Below, one piece after another: positions 12,369-23,968 of a stretch of DNA of 64,000 nucleotides. The notes beneath the pieces were generated by a model, which saw only the letters and a list, made by a program, of their open reading frames with translations, did not search any database and had not been told where the DNA came from. This DNA comes from Rhizophagus irregularis (lineage: Eukaryota): assembly GCF_026210795.1 (NCBI RefSeq), contig NC_089433.1:3410001-3474000 (forward strand), read 5' to 3'. The position numbers and the translations under genes are program-made. Each line of letters begins with the position of its first letter. The stretch's first letter is position 1.

Positions 12369-15300
12369 TTAAATTTCATTTATATCAAACTCATATTCTT
12401 TTGTAATATATTCTAAAGAAAAAGAACCAAGTAATTAATAAACTCCTTTACATACTGATTAAAAAAAATAACTTAATACCTTTATTGTTGATTGATTCTT
12501 CAACGAGTTTATTATCTAAGATAATAATAATTATTAAATATGTTAAAATGTAGTAATTATTGTCCAAATTTATATAAAAATAATGTTTACATACTTGGTT
12601 TCGTATTAAACGTTATTGATCTGCTTGTATAAATTGCATTTGGATGAGGTTTTTCATTAAAATCTGGTCCAAGCATTTTTAATTTTATTAATTCTAATCT
12701 TATTTCTTCAGCTTGATTAAAATATTTGGCATCCATTCCCATATTTGACCACGAATTAAAAATTTCACAAACATCCGTTGCCAAAGGTCTCTTTTTAGGA
12801 TCAGGATTCCAACATTTTTTCATTAAATTAACAAAATCTTCAGGAGTGTCGTAAGTAATATTAGGTCGTTTTCCATCAATAATTTTGTAAATCAAATCAA
12901 CATCATGTTCAACATCAGCAAAAGGTTTACAACCAGTTGTTAATTCCCACATAATCATGCCCATACAATAAATATCAGATGATTTAGAAAATTTGGCGCC
13001 TTTAAATATTTCTGGTGCAATATAAGGTATAACTCCATATATACTGCTATCGTGTGGAATGTCATTTGCGGGCTGTGATAATCCTAAATCTCCAATTAAA
13101 TATTGATCTATTTTACATGAATCATTTTCAATTATTTCAACCAATATATTTCCACTATGAAAATCTCGATGTACGAAATCTTTTTCATGAATAGTTTGAA
13201 GTCTAAAATAAAAAATTGGTTATTAATAAAATTTTATTTAAATAATTTTAAAATCATTATTAATTAACGTAAAGTTATAAATACCCATCTGAAATTCGCC
13301 ACAAAATGTGCAATTTTTTCTTCCATGTAATCTCTGCAAAATTCTTTTGTAAATAATTATGTAAATCTCCTCCATTTGCATATTTCATTATAAACATAAA
13401 TTCTTTTGTTATAGGATCTTTTGCGATACCATGGCATTTAATAATATATTCAAATTTACTATCATAACATTGATAAAGTGATTTTAACTAAAATTTTATA
13501 GTTTAAGTTAGTATATTAAATGTTTTTAAAAAAAACAAATTTTGAAAATTAATTACCTCATTTAAAAAATATTTATTTGGTTCTTGAGAATTTAAAACTT
13601 TTTTTATAGCAACAACGTTTCCATTAATTAAAGCTTTATAAATAATACCAAATCCTCCTTCTGCTATTTTTTTAAAAATTTTAATTTGTGAATATGAAAC
13701 CCATTTTATTTTCGGTTTTGTAGAATGATAATCAAACTCATTTTGAGAACTTTGATATTTTTGTTTCAAAGATTTAAGAAATCCTTGAGAATCTTCTAGA
13801 ATTTCATTTAATTCATCACTGGTAAAAACAAGTAAATGACTTGTATAACATGCTTTTGGATGAGATTTTACAATAAGATTATTATGCTCAATTGGTGCAT
13901 TTATAAATTCCATAATATTACTTTTTAATTCTTCATTAATATCTTCAATTTTCTTATTCTCAGGGCGAAAAATCCAATTTTCAATGATATTTAAAACTTC
14001 TTTAGAAGATGGCCTTTTTAATGAATCTTGATCCCAGCATTTTTTCATTAAATTTATATAACATTGTGGAGTATTTTCAATAATTTCAGGACGTTCACCT
14101 TTACAAATACTTAAAGCAAGTTGAAGATCATGTGCTTTATCATTAAATGGTGGAATTTTAGATATAAATTCCCACATAATTATAGAAAAACTATATATAT
14201 CACTAGCTTGAGTATAAGGCTGACCTCTTAAAATTTCGGGTGCTATAAATGGTAAAACTCCATAGATATCATTTTCTTTTAAAAAAGATTTTGCAAGTTG
14301 ATATAATCCTAAATAATCACTAATAAAAATTCCATATATATCTTCATATTTGCTACATAAAATATTACCATTATGAAAGTTATAATGAATAAGATCTTTT
14401 TCATGAATATCATTAAGACCCTTAATAATTTGATATAAATGAAATAATTTTTGTTCCCAATTTTTTGTTATTTCTATTAAACAACTTTTTAAACTATCCT
14501 TATTTGTATACTCCATTATTAATGCATAATTCAAAGTATCTGGATCTTTTGTAAATCCATATATTTTAATAATTTCACATGAATTAATAATTTTCAACTA
14601 TAAAAAAAAATAATATTTAATTAATTACATAAATAAATTATAATATTAAAAAATAATAATAATATTATTATATCATACTTCATTTAAAAATTCATTTAAA
14701 CTTTCATCTGAATTTTTAAGATAATCAAAATATTTAAAAATTACTTCAACACTATTATATTTAGCTTTATATATAGAACCAAATCCTCCTTTATCAAGAT
14801 ATTCAATATTTTCAAATTTATCATAAGGAACCCATTTTAATTTATTTTTAGAAATAAATTGATCCACAATTTCACTTCCACTATTACCAAATCTTTAAAT
14901 ACAAAAATGAAATTATATTAAAAATTAAATTTAAAATCAAATTTACAATTAAAAATTTAAATATTAAATAATAATAATTATACTTACTCTAAATAAATTA
15001 TAAAATTTTAATATAATAAATAATTAATTAATTTAAATTTTAAATAAATAGTATATAATAACTTATAACTTACCAACTAAAATAAATTATCAAAATTTTT
15101 AAAAAAATTATATATTATAATAAATTAAATATAAAAAAGGATTATTATAATAAAAAAAATGCAATACTTACAGGCTAAATTATTTTAAATTATTTTAAAT
15201 GATTTTAGTTTAAATAATTTAGTTAGTTTAAATTATATGTAAATATTATATAAATATAATAGTATTACTTACGATCTAAAATATTTGAATAATTTTTTAA

Positions 15301-18300
15301 ATAAAGAATTTAGTTAGTTTAAATTATATGTAAATACAATAGAATTAAATAAATAACTTTTAACTTACCAACTAAAAGAAAAAAAGAAATTAAAAACAAT
15401 TTTTTAAATAAAGAATTTAGTTAGTTTAAATTATATGTAAATACAATAGAATTAAATAAATAACTTATAACTTACTAACTAAAAGAAATTACAAAATAAT
15501 TTTTAAATAAAGAATTTAGTTAGTTTAAATTATATGTAAATATTATATAAATATAATAGAATTACTTACATTCTAAAATATTTGAATAATTTTTTAAATA
15601 AAGAATTTAGTTAGTTTAAATTATATGTAAATACAATAGAATTAAATAAATAACTTTTAACTTGCCAACTAAAAGAAATTAAAAACAATTTTTTAAATAA
15701 AGAATTTAGTTAGTTTAAATTATATGTAAATATTATTAAATATAATAGTAGAATTACTTACAATCTAGAATATTTGGATAATTTTTTAAATAAAGAAATT
15801 AGTTAGTTTAAATTATATGTAAATATTATATAAATATAATAGAATTAAATAAATAAATAACATACTCCCTATATTATTAAGTAAATAATTAAATAAAGAA
15901 TTTAGTTAGTTTAAATTATATGTATATAAATATAATAGAATTACTTACATTCTAAAATATTTGGATAATTTTTTAAATAAAGAATTTAGTTAGTTTAAAT
16001 TATATGTAAATATTATATAAATATAATAAGATTACTTACGATCTAAAATATTTGAATATTTTTTTAAATAAAGAAATTAGTTAGTTTAAATTATATGTAA
16101 ATATTATATAAATATAATAGAATTACTTACGATCTAAAATATTTAAATATTTTTTTAAATAAAGAAATTAGTTAGTTTAAATTATATGTAAATATTATAT
16201 AAATATAATAGAATTACTTACGATCTAAAATATTTAAATATTTTTTTAAATAAAGAATTTAGTTAGTTTAAATTATATGTATATAAATATAATAGAATTA
16301 CTTACGATCTAAAATATTTGGATAATTTTTTAAATAAAGAATTTAGTTAGTTTAAATTATATGTAAATACAATAGAATTAAATAAATAACTTTTAACTTG
16401 CCAACTAAAATAAATTAAAAACAATTTTTTAAATAAAGAATTTAGTTAGTTTAAATTATATGTAAATATTATTAAATATAATAGTAGAATTACTTACAAT
16501 CTAAAATATTTGGATAATTTTTTAAATAAAGAATTTAGTTAGTTTAAATTATATGTAAATATTATATAAATATAATAGAATTACTTACTATCTAAAATAT
16601 TTGGGTAATTTTTTAAATAAAAAAATTAGTTAGTTTAAATTAGTATATGTAAATATTATATAAATATAATAGAATTAAATAAATAAAAAGTAAATAATTA
16701 AATAAAGAATTTAGTTAGTTTAAATTATATGTAAATATTATATAAATATAATAGAATTAAATAAATAAATAACATACTCCCTATATTATTAAGTAAATAA
16801 TTAAATAAAGAATTTAGTTAGTTTAAATTATATGTAAATATTATATAAATATAATAGAATTAAATAAATAAATAACATACTCCCTATATTATTAAGTAAA
16901 TAATTAAATAAAGAATTTAGTTAGTAAATTATATGTAAATATTATATAAATATAATAGAATTACTTACGATCTAAAATATTTGGATAATTTTTTAAATAA
17001 AGAATTTAGTTAGTTTAAATTATATGTAAATATTATATAAATATAATAGAATTACTTACTATCTAAAATATTTGGGTAATTTTTTAAATAAAAAAATTAG
17101 TTAGTTTAAATTAGTATATGTAAATATTATATAAATATAATAGAATTAAATAAATAAAAAGTAAATAATTAAATAAAGAATTTAGTTAGTTTAAATTATA
17201 TGTAAATATTATATAAATATAATAGAATTAAATAAATAAATAACATACTCCCTATATTATTAAGTAAATAATTAAATAAAGAATTTAGTTAGTTTAAATT
17301 ATATGTATATAAATATAATAGAATTACTTACATTCTAAAACATTTGGATAATTTTTTAAATAAAGAATTTAGTTAGTTTAATTATATGTAAATATTATAT
17401 AAATATAATAGAATTACTTACGATCTAAAATATTTGAATAATTTTTTAAATAAAGAATTTAGTTAGTTTAAATTATATGTAAATATTATATAAATATAAT
17501 AGAATTACTTACGATCTAAAATATTTGGGTAATTTTTTAAATAAAAAAATTATTTAGTTTAAATTAGTATATGTAAATATTATATAAATATAATAGAATT
17601 AAATAAATAAAAAGTAAATAATTAAATAAAGAATTTAGTTAGTTTAAATTATATGTAAATATTATATAAATATAATAGAATTAAATAAATAAATAACATA
17701 CTCCCTATATTATTAAGTAAATAATTAAATAAAAAATTTAGTTAGTTTAAATTATATGTAAATATTATATAAATATAATAGAATTACTTACAATCTAAAA
17801 TATTTGGATAATTTTTTAAATAAAGAAATTAGTTAGTTTAAATTATATGTAAATATTATATAAATATAATAGAATTAAATAAATAAATAACATACTCCCT
17901 ATATTATTAAGTAAATAATTAAATAAAGAATTTAGTTAGTTTAAATTATATGTAAATATTATATAAATATAATAGAATTACTTACAATCTAAAATATTTG
18001 GATAATTTTTTAAATAAAAAAATTAGTTAGTTTAAATTACATGTAAATATTATATAAATATAATAGAATTAAATAAATAAATAACATACTCCCTATATTA
18101 TTAAGTAAATAATTAAATAAAGAATTTAGTTAGTTTAAATTATATGTAAATATTATATAAATATAATAGAATTAAATAAATAAATAACATACTCCCTATA
18201 TTATTAAGTAAATAATTTAGTTAGTTTAAATTATATGTAAATATTATATAAATATAATAGAATTACTTACAATCTAAAATATTTGGATAATTTTTTAAAT

Positions 18301-19826
18301 AAAGAAATTAGTTAGTTTAAATTATATGTAAATATTATATAAATATAATAGAATTAAATAAATAAATAACATACTCCCTATATTATTAAGTAAATAATTA
18401 AATAAAGAATTTAGTTAGTAAATTATATGTAAATATTATATAAATATAATAGAATTAAATAACATACTCCCTATATTATTAAGTAAATAATTAAATAAAG
18501 AATTTAGTTAGTTTAAATTATATGTAAATATTATATAAATATAATAAAATTAAATAAATAAATAACATACTCCCTATATTATTAAGTAAATAATTAAATA
18601 AAGAATTTAGTTAGTTTAAATTATATGTATATAAATATAATAGAATTACTTACATTCTAAAACATTTGGATAATTTTTTAAATAAAGAATTTAGTTAGTT
18701 TAATTATATGTAAATATTATATAAATACAATAGAATTAAATAAATAACATACTCCCTATATTATTAAATAAATAATTTTAATTAAAGAATTTAGTTAGTT
18801 TAAATTATATGTAAATATTATATAAATATAATAGAATTACTTACGATCTAAAATATTTGGATAATTTTTTAAATAACGAATTTAGTTAGTTTAAATTATA
18901 TGTAAATATTATATAAATATAATAGAATTACTTACGATCTAAAATATTTAAATAATTTTTTAAATAAAGAATTTAGTTAGTTTAAATTATATGTAAATAT
19001 CATACAATAGAGTTAAATAAATAACTTACAACTTACCAACTAAAAGAAATTACAAAATAATTTTTTGAATAATGAATTTAGTTAGTTTAAATTATATGTA
19101 AATATTATATAAATACAATAGAATTAAATAAATAACATACTCCCTATATTATTAAATAAATAATTTTAATTAAAGAATTTAGTTAGTTTAAATTATATGT
19201 AAATATTATATAAATATAATAGAATTACTTACGATCTAAAATATTTGAATAATTTTTTAAATAAAGAATTTAGTTAGTTTAAATTAAATGTAAATATTAT
19301 ATAAATATAATAGATTAAATAAATAACTTACACCCTGTAGCATTATTAATTAATAATAATTATAAAGTAAAGTAATTATAATCAATAATTGTATTTAAAA
19401 TTAAGTATATACAGTAACTTACAATCTAATTATTTAAATAAATATTATTAGTTTAAATTATATATAAATACTTTTAAATTAATATAAAATTAAATACTTA
19501 CTTTCTATAATATTAGTACCATAATTATTAAACAATTATATTAATAGTAAATTTGGTTATTTAAAATCTCAGGCAAAATACAATGAAAAAAAATTAGCTA
19601 TTAACTTACCAACTATAATAATAAAATAAATTATTTGGTTATATAAAATAATAGAAATAAGTAATTTAATTATCATTCCGATTATAAGATAACCTATTAC
19701 TTACGAGCTAATATAGTAAATAATTTTTAGAAATAGTTTAAAAATTTAAATTATACGCTTATAATTTACAAGCTGTTAAATAATTTTCTTACCTTTATCT
19801 TTTTCTATTTTTGAAACTAGTTTCAT
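12369..19826 (-). CDS. Tandem pseudokinase + TKL protein kinase with a microexon-encoded N-terminus. Exons: 19826-19793, 47 x 3-nt exons, 1-nt exon at 14988, 14892-14679, 14597-13557, 13487-13285, 13202-12595, 12515-12480, 12412-12369
   Basis: Canonical splice sites join the track ORFs in frame. Domain 1 has GGFG, VIFK, HYNFHNGN, SDYLG, APE. Domain 2 has GGFG, VAIK, HRDFHSGN, GDLG, APE, SDIY. The C-terminus reads EYITKEYEFDINEI*. The kinase body is high confidence; the 5' microexon model is predicted from sequence only. Confidence 0.8.
14893..19792 (-). repeat. Tandem array of ~80-110 bp intron + microexon units
   Basis: About 50 units sharing the core AAAGAATTTAGTTAGTTTAAATTATATGTAAAT; all but three contain, on the minus strand, TAG/CAG-NNN-GTAAGT/GTATGT/GCAAGT. 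Confidence 0.92.
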
Positions 19827-20777
19827 TATGTTGCAAATTTGGTTTGAAAAAAATTTTAGAGCAATTTCAATTTGTATTAGATATCTATACTCATATTATA
19901 TGCTTTTACCTTCGTCGTTACTTTGAGCCATTACTAAATAATTTTATTGGAATTCTTCCTAAAAATAGGGTAAATACAATTAAACGCCTTTATTCGAATA
20001 TATATAGTTGTTTGTGTAATATTATCTATGCAAAATGCAGATACCAATTTTCAGCCAGATATATTTAATTAGGTAACAAGAACCGTTAGAGTATCCGAAA
20101 TGTTGATGACATCACTAAATTAAAAACGCAACTTTCTTGTCGATCATTAGCTACAAAAGAGTTAAAAGTCAAAACTAATATAGTAATTAGTGCTCTTTGA
20201 AAATTTTGTTGTGAAGTAAGAAGGTGGGCATATCAAAAGTCTGAGTAATTTGTGACTTTGAAGACGGCTGAGGGTGGCGGCGTGGCACAAGAAATAAATA
20301 GTTTTTAGTTTCTGTATTTTTTTTTAGTTATTAGATTTTTTTGATTTTTTATCGATACAAGCATACAGTTTAGTCTAGCATCATATCTGATATGTATTTT
20401 GGTAGTTAGCAGTTAGGTTTAGAGTTTTGTTTTGTCTTCTAGTTTAACAAAAATTCAGTAGTTAAACGAAAAATAGAACATGTATTAGGTCATGTGACGC
20501 GGTGTTTTGTTGTAAGATGTACAGTACATTCTAGTCCTCGATGATTGAAAAGAAAAAGAGATTCTATTTATTTTTTGTGAACCATTTTTTTTTAAAAAAA
20601 AATTATAATTATCTGTACTATACTCCAGAGCGAAGAGTGGAGACTATATGTGATTTATAAATCATTTATTGTCCGGAGGACTATATATGTTTGTGAACTT
20701 TAATTGCATATTGGATCACGTGGCGAAGTCTGTTTGAAATGGATTATCAAAATCGATATATAACCTTAAGCTTATAT

Positions 20778-21221
20778 AAGGTTTGTATACTGTCCACCTC
20801 GAAGGATTTGGAAAATAGTTCGTCTGTTCGTACTAATTAAGTACTTGTTAGTTTATTTTATTTTTTAGTTATATAGATTTATATATATAGTTTCTATTTG
20901 TACATGCTTATTAGCATTTTGGTTCTTTTATTTTTTCGTTCAATTTTAACAACTTAAAATAGTGTAAATCATTCCACCTCTTACAGTATTTACAGGTGGC
21001 AGCCCTATGGGTTGAAAGAAAAATACGGATTAAAGCTTGTCATTTAATTGTTTTTTCTCGTAACGCTCTTATGTTGTTCGTAGCACAGGAGACCTCTGGT
21101 TACCAAGAAGTTCGGGTCTGTTCTAGAATAGATGATAGTAAGAAGTAGGATCAATTTCCCTTTCGAGGGTATATATCCTGATTAATTGTCTATCCAGACT
21201 TCACATAAAATAAAATAATAA
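20778..21221 (+). mobile_element. Short retroposed insertion (SINE or LINE 3' end)
   Basis: 18-bp direct repeat ATAACCTTAAGCTTATAT at 20760-20777 and 21222-21239; A-rich tail AAAATAAAATAATAAA before the second copy. Confidence 0.65.
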
Positions 21222-21338
21222 ATAACCTTAAGCTTATATCTATTATTAAGCCTATTTTTCTAGGAAAATTCTTTAAATAAAAGAATAATATAAAGAACAA
21301 TATACTTAAAAAGGTAGAAGTATAGAATAATTATGTAC

Positions 21339-23968
21339 CGGGCTTGGCGAAAACTACACCTAATTTTATAATTTACGAAAAAGATATATTAAATGCAAAA
21401 CACATTTATGACTTACAGATGGAAATGCTATGTAAGAATTTGCTGTATCAGGCGAACGGCAATAATAAATTGAAAACATTATTTGCGATAAAAAATGTCA
21501 CAAGAACAGAAAAATATTTGGACGTCAAAATGCCCAGGAGAGATAAAAATAGAAAGTAAATATCATCATAATTGGATATTAGCAGCAATTAAGATGTTAA
21601 ACAAAGAAAATATAAAATTATATAACCATGAGAGCAGAAATAATAACGATAAACACAGAATAAAAGAAGGGAAAATCGATATTTTAGAATTAATAGACAA
21701 AAAGAGATTGTAGAAGACATTCTTGAAGCAGATGGAGTTAAATTGTTAAAATGGAAACACTTATGTAAGGAAAAAGGATTAAATACGAAAGGAAAGACAC
21801 CGAAATGGTTTAAAGATATAGAAAAAAAGGTTTTAGAAGATGAAAATGGAAATTTAAGAAAAATAAAAAGAGAATATATAGGACAAGTAGATAAAATAAA
21901 ATACATATTAATTATTTCGATGAAAATGAAAAACAAGGGAAAAATTGTATGAACGACGAACATGATTTCCCAATTTTTGGCGAAGATAAAAAAAGATCAC
22001 AAAGTAAAAATCACAAAAGAATAGGAATACATTTAGAATTGGTAGGAGAGGAATATGATTTAAACAATTCATCTTATCTGAAAAAATGCGAAGGATGTAG
22101 TAGAAATATTAGTAAGAAAAAAGGAAATAAAGAATGTTTGATATATTTAGAAAATGAATACAGTAGGAAAATTGAAAGACGAAAAGATGATGGTTTAATT
22201 AAACCATATGAGACTTTAAACAATATAATTAAGAAAAATAATTGGTTAAGAAAATTTACGCAAGAAGAAAGAAGAGATGAAATTTACAACGAAAGAATAG
22301 GAAAAATAGATAGCATAATTAAAGCCGATGAAGAATTTATTATGTTAATTAAAAATAGTATTTTCGAAAATGATGAAAACTTTTCGAGAGAAAAAAGAAG
22401 ATTTTTCCTAATAATTGATGCAGTCAAAACAAGATCTACAGTTAACGAAAAAGGGAAAAGAATTTATAAATACAATATTATATGGAAAATTATAAATTTT
22501 AATGAAGAAGGAAATAAAGAATCGGAAATAATTTTCTTAGCCAAACACATGTAATAACGAGAACGAATAAAATGAAAAAATTCAAAGACTAATATTCGAA
22601 TTTAATAATAAAATTAGTAATAGAAGGAAGATAGATAGCGATTATAATTTAGAATTATTATTTATAGAAAATTTTTTAGAATATAATGAAATTAGGATCA
22701 TAGATAGTAATGAAAAAGAATATAGATTATTAAAAGGGTTAAGGAAAGAATTGAGAAATATGTTAAAGGATAAAAATTTAATTCAAACGATAAAATATAA
22801 TTTTGAAATAGTAGACGAAGGCTTACTGACGAATGAATACAATTTGATTTAGAATGATAGGATAATTACAGGAGGTTACAGGGGTTGGAAAAAAAAGTTA
22901 CGAACGCAATTTGGAAAAACGAAATACTTAATAGCGAAAAGCTAAATGATTTATTTATGTACAATCACAAAAAAGAATTCGATTGGCAAACTACTTTAGA
23001 ATTTGTGAGTAATAGAATTAATTTTTCACAAAGACAATGCAGCAACAAGGATACGAAAGAAAGATCCTACAGAATTAAAATTTATTGAAAGAACAATCGA
23101 CCTATAAAATTTTACATAAAAGAAATGCTAATAAAATAGAAGACGACAAATGTATAAGATGTGGAAAAAATGAAATAGAAAGTTGGGAACACATCTGGAT
23201 ATGTGAAGTTAACGAATTCTCGATCGATGAAATTGTACAAGAACCGATATATCGTTTTGAACAACAATTAAAGAACTGTAACCAAGACGAAGATATAAAT
23301 ATTCTGAGGAACTACAATATCGAATTTATAAGTATATTAGAAAGTCCTTCGATAATTTTGAGAGGAAAAAGTAAAAAATGGGAATTAATTAGAGGTGTAT
23401 ATAACGAACATTTCAATAGTCTATCAAATAAGAAAGAAGAGAAAATGCTGATAAAAAGACTTTGGATGTTTGTTTATGACGAAATTAAAAATCGTTTATG
23501 GATACCAAGATGCGAGGAAATTAAACGATTAGAAGAAAAAGCTAATATTCAAAAATTGGATTTAAGGAAAAAAAGAGAAAGTAGAAGAAAATTCGGAGGA
23601 AGGCAAGGAAGAAAAAATAAAAAATAATAGAAAAAAAATAAAAACAGAAGAAAAATTAGAAAAAGCAAATAAAAATAAATTTAACAAAAAAATTAGTATA
23701 GTAAACGTTAGAAAGATTAACAGGTTCAATTGTGGACGGGAATAGTGTTGCAAAAACTTGGGATACATCGGTAAAAATGACAAATTATTTAGATTAGACA
23801 TAATTTAGCATAGTTTTCAGTAATAGAATTTTGTTCAAATATTACTTAGTTATAGAGTTTTGAGAATTTTATTTCGAAAAGCTCTAAGTATTTTTATAAT
23901 TAATTATGTAATCTGTATCAAATTTAAATAATTAATAAAATGCGTCACTATTTAAAAAAAAAAAAAAA
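21339..23968 (+). mobile_element. 5'-truncated, degenerate non-LTR retrotransposon (LINE)
   Basis: Purine-rich broken ORFs; C-terminal zinc motif CIRCGKNEIESWEHIWIC; AATAAA plus poly(A) at 23954-23969; 15-bp TSD AGAATAATTATGTAC at 21324-21338 and 23969-23983. Confidence 0.85.

Noticed and set aside
15230..19320. CRISPR-like array (constant repeat alternating with variable segments)
   Set aside because: The context is eukaryotic with no cas genes, and the variable parts fall into three recurring types rather than unique spacers. The splice-signal pattern explains the array better.
19811..20068. Plus-strand ORF 'MKLVSL...'
   Set aside because: It begins at TTG and is antisense to the kinase first exon. 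The shared KLVS results from the palindrome TGAAACTAGTTTCA.
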